Source of the DNA: Chiloscyllium plagiosum
Lineage: Eukaryota
DNA: 36,345 nt
NCBI RefSeq assembly: GCF_004010195.1
Contig: NC_057751.1
Location: 6,312,598-6,348,942, forward strand
Reading direction: 5' to 3'
Shown: piece by piece, positions 12,648 through 23,269 of the stretch
Layout: the number at the start of each line of letters is the position of its first letter
Numbering within the stretch: the stretch's first letter is position 1
The notes under the pieces: model-generated
Databases searched by the model: none
Seen by the model: the letters and a program-made list of their open reading frames with translations, nothing else
What the model was told of the DNA's origin: nothing
Translations under genes and position numbers: made by a program

Positions 12648-12796
12648 TAGAGGAACCTCGATAATCCAGCATTTGATTATCTGAATTTCTGATTATCACA
12701 AGATCCCGATGCTTGGCTAAACCGTGTTATTCAATATTTGGTTATCTGAATGAAATACTTCTCGCCCGTGTCGTTTGGATAATCGAGGTTCCTTTG
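12648..12796. mobile_element. Tc1/mariner (pogo/Tigger-like) MITE
   Basis: ~20-bp terminal inverted repeats tagaggaacctcgataatcc / ggataatcgaggttcctttg, flanked by TA on both sides, with internal GATTATC sub-repeats. Confidence 0.8.
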
Positions 12797-14250
12797 TATT
12801 CCACAAGTAGCATGAGATGTGCTCCTCGTGTTGCAGATTGATTTGGCAATATGATGAGTAAGATCAGCTGTGACAGGGCAAAATCAGAATCCTTTGAAGT
12901 TCCCAGCGGGGTCAAACAGGGTTGCATCTTCAAGTGATGTTTGTCACATCTTCTCTTCATTGCTGTTGTATCCCCTTGGATCTTGTACCTTGATGTCCAT
13001 TATATATAGAACGAACAAAAAGGTGTTCAACCATATCAACAATTTCGCTGCGGCAGCAAATGGACATTTTATCTGTAGGATGCGCACTGAAAATAGCACT
13101 GCACTCCATCAGTGTTCAAAAACTGTCTTAGCCCAGATTAAATGGGGTAATTTGGACTGGTGACTTTTCTGATAGGTGAGCTAAATCCATGGAAGCCTGC
13201 AACTGAAATCCTGGTGTCCTGTTACCCATGGTTTTCCATCCAACTACATTTAAAGAGGAACCAATTGTTCCACTTCACCCTTAATTGTTTAGAAAGGGTG
13301 GTGAGCGCGTAAATTAAAATTTGTTGACCCCAGATTTGAGAGCGTGCTGTCAACTGAGCCAGACATTTCTGATGAAAAAATACGTTTATGCAGGTCAGTG
13401 AGGTAGGTTAGGGAACATTATCCCAAAAACACGAGATAAGCTCAAAATTGGAATGTGAAAGCAAAAGGATTATGTAAAACCTGAACTTCACAATTCAGAA
13501 GGTCAGGCATACAGGGGAGTTAGAAATGAGGATATTACTATTCTTGTAAATATCAATAAATGTCAACAAGAAACAGAAAGCCCAAACAAAATTTCTGGGA
13601 ATGATGGTTACATTTTATTAGAACTGTCAACATGATATAATTGGTATTCAAGCCATAATACACGTCCAAGAGATTTGTAGTAAATAAACAGTATTGTTGA
13701 ACTTGCCTGCACCACACATTGATCATCAGTGATGGGAACTATTGCTGCTGTACTACATCACATTAGTGTCTTAAATTATTGCCTTCCTGTTGTTAGTCTG
13801 GGAACTGGAGTTTGTTCCAGCTTTTTCCTGGCCTTTTTTATTTCCCACTTTATATAAACTCTGAAATCCTGTCCTGGGACTGCACCTCAGTGCTGATTCT
13901 TTCTTATGTCATTTCTACTTTGGTGCACTTCTTTCCGAGGAATCCTGAAATTGAATGGTGATGACTCACAGGGTGTAAGGGCATGTTCAGCCTACAGAGG
14001 TGGGTGTCACAGTTGGGTATCACTTTGGCTTAGTTGAAAAGATGATTGCTTGTGATGTTCTGAGGTATGATTATTAACGCAAGTCTCTCTTTCTGATGAT
14101 TGCCTGTAATCAGCAATTGGAGAACACTACAAACAGGCCTCCCTTTATGACTATTTACACGTGGTTTCCAGCAGGGTTGAGTGGGTAAACAGCAGCTGAC
14201 ACTCTGATTTATTTCCTCCTTTCAGTGACATGAATCCAAATAGTTTATAA

Positions 14251-14925
14251 AACATAGAAGCAGGTGTAGGCCATTGAGCCCAGCAAGTCAGCTAGGTCAT
14301 TGAAAAAGATCATGGCTGATCCTCATCTTACCACCATTACGGCACAGTGGCTCAGTGTTAGGATTGTTGTCAGGGACCTGTGTTTGAATTCCTGCGTTGG
14401 GCTAACGTAGAGTACAAGGGGAGTGGGTCTGGGTAAGTTACTCTTTGGAGGGTTGGTGTGGACTTGTTGGGCCAGAGGGCCTGTTTCCACACTGTAGAGA
14501 TTGCATGGGTGGCTCAGTGGTTAGCACTGCTGCCTCACAGCGCCAGGGACCCGGGTTCGATTCCCACCTCGGTGACTGTCTGTGTGGAGTTTGCACCATC
14601 TCCCTGTATGTGCGTGGGTTTTCGCCAGTTGCTCCGGTTTCCTCCCACAATCCAAAGATGTGCAGGTCAGGTGGATTGGCCATGCCAAATTGCCCATAGT
14701 GTTAGGTGCATTCGTCAGGGGTAAATATAGAGTAGGGTAGTGGGTCTGGGTGAGTTACTTTTCGGAGGATTGGTGTGGACTTGTTGGGCCGAAGGGCCTG
14801 ATTCCATCCTGTACAGAATCCAATCTACTCTTTATTTCTACGTCAATAAAATTTCTGACTAATTCAGTCTTTAATATGTTCACTGACCCAGTCACTTCTG
14901 CTCTGTGGAAGAGAATTCCAAAGAA
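14251..14925 (-). mobile_element. CR1 3' end interrupted by two SINEs
   Basis: CR1-type 3' UTR at 14251-14338 resumes at ~14830. The minus strand encodes LWNSLP at ~14905-14923. Confidence 0.65.
14339..14826 (+). mobile_element. Tandem HE1-like SINEs (internally deleted copy ~14339-14500, full copy ~14502-14826)
   Basis: The second copy has A box TGGCTCAGTGG, B box GGTTCGATTCC and the V core. Both copies share the gtgggtctggg...ggacttgttgggcc tail. Confidence 0.88.
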
Positions 14926-14939
14926 GAACAGTTTAGGCA

Positions 14940-15270
14940 ATACAATTCAGTACATCACAATTCAGTATAACACTGGAACAGGCCCTTCGGTCCACCAAAC
15001 CTGCGCCAATTCCTAATCCTTATTTAGGCTCTTTACCCCATTGCCCAAGTATGGTTTCTATTTCTCTGTTCGCCTCTTGTTCATGTGCCAATCAAGCTAT
15101 GCCTTAAACGTTACTAACGTGTCTGCTCCTACCACCTCCACCGGCAGTACGTTCCAGGCACCCACCACCCTCTGTGCGAAAAACGTTCTCCGCTGAACTT
15201 TCCCCTCTCAACTTGAACCTGTGCCCTCTTGCAGTTGGCCTTTCCATCCTGGGAAAAGCCTCTGACTATC
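14940..15270 (-). mobile_element. CR1 LINE 3' end
   Basis: The minus strand encodes GHRFKLRG and, in another frame, QRVVGAWNVLPVEVVGADTLVTFK. Confidence 0.85.
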
Positions 15271-15963
15271 ATTATTGACTTTCGGTGGGATGTTACTCAT
15301 GCCCCACTTCACATTAACGGCACAGAGGGGAACGAATGGAGAGTGTCAGGCTCCTGAGAGTGATCAACCACAACAAGCTTTCAGTGGATGCACTGGTTAC
15401 AAAGGCCCAACAACGTCTCTTCTTCCTGAGGGAGCTGAGGAAATTTGGCATGATGGCGAACATCCTTGCCAACTTTTATAGGTGTGCCATTGAGAGCATT
15501 CTGTCTAGATGTATCACTACCTGGTATGGCAACTGTACCAATAGTGGAGACGGTTACAGAGAGTGGTGAAGTCCGCCCGGACAATCACAAAGGCCAATCT
15601 CCCATCTATAGAATCCATCTACCAGGCCCGCTGTCAAGGAAAGGCAGCCAGTATTCTCAAAGATCCACCCCACCCTGGCAATGTTTTTCTGCAACCTCTA
15701 CCATTGTGGAGAAGGTACAGAAGCCTGAACACACATACCAGCTGGTTTCATTACAGTTTCTATCCGACTGTTGTTAGAATACTGAATGGACTCACAAACT
15801 GTTAACACACACAAAAACCTGTGTTTTTGTTTTTGTTGCTGTTTACCTATTATTTACTATCTATGCTATTTATTTATTTGATCTGCCTGTATTGCTTGCA
15901 AGACAAAGCTTTTCACTGTGCCTCGGTGCACATGACAAAAAATTCAATTCAATTCAATTCAAT
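15271..15963 (+). mobile_element. Rex1/Babar-clade LINE 3' end (frameshifted)
   Basis: Encodes KAQQRLFFLRELRKFG...FYRCAIESILSRCITTWYGNC and KDPPHPG...RRYRSL...SFYP, followed by an (AATTC)n tail at 15941-15963. Confidence 0.85.
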
Positions 15964-16502
15964 GCTGCTGTACCTCCGCACCCACTGATAAGTCCCCCAA
16001 AGGGTCTCTCTCTCCACGGGACCTCCAGTTGAAACAATGCTCCTGCAGACAAGATGTCACCAAACTATTTAATATGGATGGTCACTTGCACTATGAACAG
16101 GATGCTATTCGATCAGTTTCAATTGTTCAACTAATCCATGTTCTGAGACTTGTAATATTGTCAACCTTTTTTATTTTGTTAAGCCATCTATCGTAGTTAG
16201 ACCTGTATTGTTCTGTTAGCAACAAACAGCCATTCGTAACCCTTTATAAACTGTATGAATCATCAGTGCTGAGCGGTCACTCTGAGCTGAGTGATATTGT
16301 GAAATAAACAAACATGTCAATTTCACAAGGTCAGCATAGGAGGTTTATTGGAAATGGGGCATTTCTCCAACTGTAAGTATCTGAAGTCCTGACTCGGAAA
16401 ACGTGTTGGCCTGCAAAAGCCAATACTTAACTTTAGAATAAGAGCAGAATACTGCAGTTGATCGAATTTACACATGGAGCAATCAATCCATAGAATAATA
16501 TG

Positions 16503-16625
16503 AAGAACTGCAGATGCTAGACATCTAAAACTGACGCACAATGCTGGAGAAATTCAGCAGGTCTGAGAGCACCTGTGGAGAGAGAAACAGAGTTAATATT
16601 TCAAATCTGGTATGATTCTTCTTGA
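16503..16625 (-). mobile_element. Degenerate Penelope pLTR fragment
   Basis: Reverse-complement similarity to 22590-22720, ending within an eroded hammerhead. Confidence 0.65.
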
Positions 16626-17159
16626 GATACCTCATTGCTGGTCCTCGACTTCATGGCAGCCTCGGCCTCCACCCACACTCCTGGTGGCAGGCAGCTTAAG
16701 ATGGGAGAGGATATCTTAGTTACGTAAAGTTGAGCTGCCCAGCAGGAAGCACTTATGAGCTTCTTTGGCACTTGATCTGACAGGCTTTCTCACTGGTCAG
16801 TAAAGGTAGCAGGGGTGACTCACCTTTCAGGATATCTGCTCCCACTATGGGTGTGTAAAGGAGAAAATCCCAGCTGTAATATACAGATAGATCTCGCTGT
16901 AAATGACAGTATGAAGCATTAATCACCGTAATAGTCTAATGCAAATTACAGTGGCTGCAGAAAAGTTTTTAAACAGCTAGCTTTTAGCTCGATTGGGAGT
17001 GGGGAAATAGAAAGAGAATCACCATTTTTCATAAAAGATTACAAACTGATCCAACCATGGAGATGTCTCAAAATCAGCATGCGAGGAAACCAATGCCACC
17101 TCCTCTCTATTGTCTGTGTTGATTTGCTACTTGAGCAACAAAGAGTCAGATTATGTCCT

Positions 17160-17435
17160 TTGTCGGAGTGTCATCCATCTGAGTTACAGGGTTCCAAATG
17201 AAGTCCCATTCCAGGGCTGAGCACAAAACTCAAGGCTACTCGTCAATACAGTACTCAAAGTGTGCTGCACTACCAGAGATGCCATCTCTCAGATGAGAGT
17301 TTAAACCTGCTTGAATAGGGAGTTACCCAGGCGCCATAAACAATATCTATTCTTCTATCAACATTGCTAAAATTCACATCATCTGGTTATTAACCAATGC
17401 TGTTGGCTGTGCTGAATGTGCTGAAATTGGCTGAA
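17160..17435 (+). mobile_element. DeuSINE (SacSINE1-like)
   Basis: Deu-domain-like gtgctgcactaccagagatgccatctctcagatgagagtttaaacc and caatatctattc...atctggttatta...aaattggctg. Family assigned from recall. Confidence 0.65.
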
Positions 17436-17806
17436 TGTGTTATTTCCTGTAATTTCTTGCAATAGCTGAGCCTGTTGTTATACTGCTTTCTCTTCCTTGA
17501 CACATATTACTTTGATTCTTTAGATGGTATACACTAAACATTTGCTCTTTGATGCCACTTCCTTTTTGCTAGTCTCCCACTCCTTCTTGATCTTTAGCTC
17601 TTCATTATCCTCGAGTAAAGCTGTCTTATTCTCTTCAGTATTGTGACATTTTTCATTTGCGCTGATATATTAACAGGGTACTGAATATATCTCTGGCATG
17701 TCGTGGTCTTGGAGGAGAAAGTGAGGTCTGCAGATGCTGGAGATCAAAGTTGAAACTTTATTGCTGGAACAGCACAGCAGGTCAGGCAGCATCCAGGGAA
17801 CAGGAG

Positions 17807-17842
17807 ATTCGACGTTTCGGGCACAGGCCCTTCTTCAGGAAT
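17807..17842 (-). ncRNA. Minimal type I hammerhead ribozyme motif
   Basis: Minus strand: attc-CTGAAGA-a-gggc-ctgt-gccc-GAAAC-GTC-gaat. Stem I attc/gaat, stem II gggc/gccc. Confidence 0.85.
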
Positions 17843-18039
17843 GAGCAGAGAGTGTTCAGCAGGAGAAGATAAAAGGTAGGGAGGAGGGACTTGGAGGAGG
17901 GGAGTTGGAAATGTGATAGGTGGAAAGAGGTCAAGGTGAGGGTGATAGGTCGGAGTAGGACGGAGGCGGAGAGGTCAAGAAGAAGACAGCAGGTCAGGAA
18001 GGCGGTGCCGGGCGGGAAGGATCCGGCTGAGACAAGGTG

Positions 18040-18531
18040 GGCACCTTCCCTTGCAACCGCAGGAGGTGCAACACTTGCGCCCACACCTCCCCCCTCACTT
18101 CCCTCCAAGGCCCCAAAGGAAACTTCCATATCCGCCACAGATTCACCTGCACCTCCACCCACATCATCTACTGCATCCGCTGCAGCCGGTGTGACCTCCT
18201 CTATATTGGGGAGACAGGCCGCCTACTTGCGGAGCGATTCAGAGAGCACCTCTGGGCCACCCGGACGAACCAACCCAACCAACATGTAGCACAGCATTTC
18301 AACTCCCCCTCCCACTCCACCGAGGATATGCAGGTCATTGGACTCATCCACCGCCAAACCACAACAACCCGACGGTCGGAGGAGGAGCGTCTTATCTTCC
18401 GACTGGGAACCCTCCAACCACAGGGGATGAACTTGGACTTCACCAGTTTCTTCATCCCCCCTCCCCCCACCTGGCTCAGCCGAATCCCTCCAGCCCGGCA
18501 CCACCTTCCTGACCTGCAGTCTTCTTCTTGA
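18040..18531 (+). pseudogene. PLE C-terminal zinc-knuckle linker plus GIY-YIG endonuclease (stop-free, no native start)
   Basis: CNRRRCNTC linker, HIIYCIRCSRCDLLYIGETGR, conserved R in ERFREH, HFN, EERLI and GMN. The apparent GTG start is created by the inversion junction. Confidence 0.93.
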
Positions 18532-18663
18532 CCTCTCCGCCTCCACCCTACTCCGACCTATCACCCTCACCTTGACCTCTTTCCACCTATCACATTTCCA
18601 ACGCCCCTCCTCCAACTCCCTCCTCCCTACCTTTTATCTTCTCCTGCTGAACACTCTCTGCTC

Positions 18664-18699
18664 ATTCCTGAAGAAGGGCATGTGCCCGAAACGTCGAAT
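18664..18699 (+). ncRNA. Minimal type I hammerhead ribozyme motif
   Basis: attc-CTGAAGA-a-gggc-atgt-gccc-GAAAC-GTC-gaat. Predicted cleavage after C18695. Confidence 0.85.
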
Positions 18700-18780
18700 C
18701 TTCTGTTCCCTAGATGCTGCCTGACCTGCTGTGCAGTTCCAGCAATAAAGTTTCAACTTTGATATGCAGCAAGACCTAAC

Positions 18781-19044
18781 TTGGAGATGTTGGTAGTGGA
18801 CTGTGGTGGACAAAGATAAAAATCACACAACACCAGGTTATAGTCCAACAGGTTTATTTGGAAACACTAGCTTTCAAGGCACTGCTTCTTCATTAGGTGG
18901 TTGTGGAGAATAAGGTCATAAAACAGCATTTATATCCAAATGAGTACAGTGTCATGGAGATGTGATGATACATTAAACAATTTAAGATAAATTTAGGATG
19001 GGATGTGTTGGTTTCTGTTCTTTGGTATGTAAATCCCAGAACTT
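18781..19044 (-). mobile_element. Penelope-like 3' end (AGCU-type hammerhead family) running into the gap
   Basis: Matches 29528-29629. Minus strand cac-CTAATGA-a-gaagc-agt-gcctt-GAAA-GCTA-gtg at 18865-18899. Confidence 0.75.
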
Positions 19045-19749
19045 NNNNNNNNNNNNNNNNNNNNNNNNNNNNNNNNNNNNNNNNNNNNNNNNNNNNNNNN
19101 NNNNNNNNNNNNNNNNNNNNNNNNNNNNNNNNNNNNNNNNNNNNNNNNNNNNNNNNNNNNNNNNNNNNNNNNNNNNNNNNNNNNNNNNNNNNNNNNNNNN
19201 NNNNNNNNNNNNNNNNNNNNNNNNNNNNNNNNNNNNNNNNNNNNNNNNNNNNNNNNNNNNNNNNNNNNNNNNNNNNNNNNNNNNNNNNNNNNNNNNNNNN
19301 NNNNNNNNNNNNNNNNNNNNNNNNNNNNNNNNNNNNNNNNNNNNNNNNNNNNNNNNNNNNNNNNNNNNNNNNNNNNNNNNNNNNNNNNNNNNNNNNNNNN
19401 NNNNNNNNNNNNNNNNNNNNNNNNNNNNNNNNNNNNNNNNNNNNNNNNNNNNNNNNNNNNNNNNNNNNNNNNNNNNNNNNNNNNNNNNNNNNNNNNNNNN
19501 NNNNNNNNNNNNNNNNNNNNNNNNNNNNNNNNNNNNNNNNNNNNNNNNNNNNNNNNNNNNNNNNNNNNNNNNNNNNNNNNNNNNNNNNNNNNNNNNNNNN
19601 NNNNNNNNNNNNNNNNNNNNNNNNNNNNNNNNNNNNNNNNNNNNNNNNNNNNNNNNNNNNNNNNNNNNNNNNNNNNNNNNNNNNNNNNNNNNNNNNNNNN
19701 NNNNNNNNNNNNNNNNNNNNNNNNNNNNNNNNNNNNNNNNNNNNNNNNN
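19045..19749. other. Assembly gap (705 N)
   Basis: Run of N. Confidence 1.
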
Positions 19750-20328
19750 GAGATGTGTTCGGTTGGGCAGGAGCAGGCTGAGACGATGGGTCGTGCGGGG
19801 GAGTCAGGTTTGTGGATTTTGGGCAGGAGGTAGAAGCGGGCGGTGCGGGGTTGTGGGACTATGAGGTTGGAGGCGGTGGATGGGAGGTCCCCTGAGGTGA
19901 TGAGGTTATGGATGGTCTGGGAGATGATGGTTTGGTGGTGGGGGATGGGGTCATGGTCAAAGGGATGGTAGGAGGAGGTATCTGCGAGCTGGCGTTTGGC
20001 CTCAGCGGTGTAAAGGTCAGTGCGCCAAACTACTACTGCGCCTCCCTTGTCAGCTGGTTTGATGGTGAGGTTGGGGTTGGAACGGGGGGAGTGGGCGCCT
20101 CCCTTGTCAGCTGGTTTGATGGTGAGGTTGGGGTTGGAACGGAGGGAGTGGAGGGCTGCGCGTTCCGAGGGTGAGAGGTTGGAGTGGGTGGGAGGAGTGT
20201 GGGAGTTCAGGTAGCGGTTAATATCGCGGCGGCAGTTTGCTATGAAGAGGTCGAGGGCAGGTAGGAGGCCAGCACGGGGTGTCCAGGTGGACGGGGTGTG
20301 TTGGAGGTGGGAGAAGGGGTCGTCAGCT
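19750..20328 (-). pseudogene. Penelope-like reverse transcriptase, N-terminal part (stop-free, missed by the ORF track)
   Basis: Manual translation: ...SNLSPSERAALHSLRSNPNLTIKPADKGGA[19-aa duplication]VVVWRTDLYTAEAKRQLADTSSY...ARFYLLPKIHKPDSPARPIVSACSCPTEHI. It contains the PLE DKG, PKIHK and RPIV motifs. Confidence 0.93.
20038..20151. repeat. 57-bp tandem duplication (2 copies, 1 mismatch)
   Basis: 20038-20094 versus 20095-20151. Confidence 0.95.
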
Positions 20329-20611
20329 CCATTATCAGATTTCTCTCTGGTCAGTTCTTCTGCTTCGCCCTGCTCATGTCATTGAAAATTTAGTAGTTAT
20401 GCCATCATTACTTGTATGTTCATATCTCATTCTACTTTCTTCTCTGCTGGAGAGGTGCAAATGAAGTTGTATTTCCAAGGTGGCTGCTAGCATTTTTAAG
20501 CATGCCTACTTTGTGCATTATATAACATTTGCCAGCTACCAGACTTAGTGCAGTGGGACCATGTGGAGCTCATACTGCAGTGGTGACCATTCAAAATCAT
20601 AATCTGCTGGG

Positions 20612-20722
20612 AGCTCTTGAGTTGCAGTGGTAGTGTCCCTACTTCTGAGCCAGAAGGCCTGAGTTTAAATCCCATCTGTTCCAGAGATATGGAATAACAT
20701 CTCTGAAAAGGTTGGTTAGAAA
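20612..20722 (+). mobile_element. Short tRNA-like SINE
   Basis: gcagtggtag...ctgagccag...gtttaaatccca. A second copy lies at ~28962-29070. Confidence 0.6.
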
Positions 20723-21494
20723 CTATCTGTGACATTTTCAAGTGCAACAGAGAGACCAATACTTCAAGAAGTACTTCCTTGGCATCAAAATGGTGTGAAA
20801 TCCAGAAATATGGCTTATGCAAATCTTCTTTTTCATTTTCATCTTGAGGAATTAGTTTCTGTCAAGCAATCCTTTAGTTTGATCGCAGCTTAGGCTTTAA
20901 GCATTGCCATAGATCTCCAGAGAAAATAACTTTTCACAGATACATTTCCAAACTTTTTATCCAAAACATGATCCTTGACAGAAGTATTTGTTTGTTGTGA
21001 TCAACGTTTGCGCGTTCACCTTGTAAGATTACGAAGGGTGCAGTATAAACTGCAGCAAATATGTGACCCTTGTTTTAGGACTGCCACATCAAGCGTTATC
21101 CCCTTGTATTCTCTCAATGAATTCAGGCCAGTCAATTGAGGGGAGATGTGTACTCATGCACACAACAATCTTTAGATTCATTGAACGGCACACATTTAAG
21201 ATTTCTCACAGACCATTGCCTCTCATTATCTCAGTCTGCCCATAATCCAGAAACGTAGCTTGTTTGTTCTATCTGGGCCACCTGAAACTGTTTATTTTCA
21301 ATTTGAGACAGATGATCATGAGACACTTCTCATGATCTTAGTATCAAACAACTTTAAGAATGAAGTGGCACTTCATCATATTGTTTGTACAACTAGAGCC
21401 ACTGAGACATTATTTCTGGTAATTCACTTCAACTTAGCAGATCTCAGTGCAAAAACAGCGATTTGTTGTTATCAAATGGCATCTTCAACATAAT

Positions 21495-21770
21495 GAAATG
21501 TCTCCAGGTGCTTCACAGGGGGATAAGTAGATGTGAAATCAGGTGACCAAAAGCTTGCTCAAGGAGGTAGGATATAAGCCGTGGTTTAAGGGAGGAAAGT
21601 AAGGTAGACAAGTGCAAAAAGGTATTCCAGAGTTTAGTTGATCAGGTGTCCAAAGACATGGAAACTGGTAGCAATGCAGTATAAATTAGAAAAGCCCAAC
21701 AGGTCAGAATTCGCTGAGCACAGCTATCTTGGAGGACTGTGGGCTGGAGGAGATTACAAAGCTCAGGATA
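21495..21770 (-). mobile_element. Old L2-like LINE 3' remnant
   Basis: Purine-rich caggtgaccaaaagcttgctcaaggaggtagg...ttccagagtttag, similar to ~31530-31640. Family call from recall only. Confidence 0.45.
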
Positions 21771-22329
21771 CATTGTTTTATTATCACAGAAACTTTTAGG
21801 TGTACACATTCATGTGCATGCTGATTAGATGAAGTGGTTGTGGGAGCGGCGGGGGAGGGGGGGATCTTTGTTTTGGTGGCTTATTATGTTAAGGTCATGA
21901 AGAGAAATAGCTTCAAAGCACAGCATCCTAAAATCAACAGGAGTTGAAAAACAGAGACACTTTTTTAAAATGGCAACTCCTGATGAATTTCAATGTGCAG
22001 GTCAGAAAGAAACAGCAAGACCTAACTAAACTGAAATCCTTGTGAACTCACTTCAAAAAAGAGATCATAAACTATCAGGTCATTGTGCAAACCCAACTGA
22101 TTTTCTCATACCATTATCAAGTCTGTGTGACTCTCATCCTATTCCGAAGTTATTGACTCTTAACTTTCCATCTTACATCACCAAGAAAAACACCTTCTCA
22201 GTGTATGTGCAATAAATTCCAGCCTTACCAGCAAAATGCAAATTATGAATATGAATTTGGAAAGGTGGACTTTTGCATCTCCAATTGAAGACTTATCTCC
22301 CTCCATTGTACAAAAAGAATGGGAGCGAT

Positions 22330-22721
22330 GTTTCACCTTACCCCTATCCCCACACACACCTGTCCTTGGCTATTACACACAAACCATTGTTGGCCACGAG
22401 CAATCGCTACTCATAGTTATTCACCCTCCGAGACCGATTGCTATCCAGCCCTTTGTCGGTCCAACTGTTTGTCCCTCTCTTTTGGCTCTGTCCCCATCTA
22501 TCGATTACTGTTTAGCCCCCCCCCCCCCCCCAACCCCCACCTCACCATCCAATCTTCTGTACATAAACCAACATTTTCTTAGCTATCATCATTTCTGAGG
22601 AAGAGTCATTGGATCTGAAACGTTAACTCTGATTTCTCTTCATGTGCTGCCAGACCTGCTGAGCTTAGCAGCAATTTCTGTTTTTGTTTCTGATTTACAG
22701 CATCTGCAGTTTTTTCGGTTT
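22330..22721 (+). mobile_element. Penelope pLTR with partly eroded hammerhead
   Basis: attt-CTGAGGA-a-gagtc-attg-gatct-GAAAC-GTT-aact at 22591-22628, then tgctgccagacctgctgag...cagcatctgcag as in the other pLTRs. Confidence 0.75.
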
Positions 22722-23182
22722 GTACCTGGCTTTGCTAAAAATAGTTGTCTCTCTTGGGTACTATTATTTTAAGCATTAAGCACCACATGTTTGCAATACT
22801 AAATAAGCAGTTCTCAGACACTAGAGCAGTTAAGTTTTTACCAACTATATATGCAGTTTTATTTAAATGCAATATTCACCATTCTCACAGCTTAACCATT
22901 CTTGATATCAGACAGCATGGCAAGGTCTTCACATATATTGAAAACAACAAATGCTAGAGATCATAGTGGGTCAAACAGCATCCATGGAGAGAAAGCAAAC
23001 TAACGTTTTGAGTCTAGATGATTCTTCATCAGAGCTGAAATGAAGTGTGGAGGGGGCAGCTTTTATGCTGTAGCTGTGGGGAGAATGTGGGGCGTAAAGT
23101 GCTGGGGGAGAAAATATATTGGTAGTTCAGATTAAGTGATTGGATGTGAGAATGGCAGAACAATGATGTGTCTTGAAAGAAG

Positions 23183-23269
23183 CAAAAGTGAGGACTGCAG
23201 ATGCTGGAAATCAGAGTCGAGATTAGATTGCAGCTGGAAAAGCACAGCAGGTCAGGCAGCATCCGAGGA
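23183..23269 (-). mobile_element. Short pLTR fragment of the 17712 family nested in another PLE
   Basis: aaagtgaggactgcagatgctgg...gaaaagcacagcaggtcaggcagcatcc. Confidence 0.8.

Larger units (their letters stand above)
17712..18763 (+). mobile_element. 5'-truncated Penelope-like element (probably Neptune clade) with inverted pseudo-LTR
   Basis: 17743-18041 is an inverted repeat of ~18466-18763, enclosing a GIY-YIG coding region. Each arm contains a hammerhead. Confidence 0.95.

Noticed and set aside
17782..18615. Several overlapping 89-132 aa ORFs on both strands
   Set aside because: Shadow frames of the GC-rich PLE and its inverted repeat; only the GIY-YIG frame has recognisable motifs.
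18998..19864. Long 288-aa and 258-aa ORFs in the track
   Set aside because: Artefacts of reading through the N gap.
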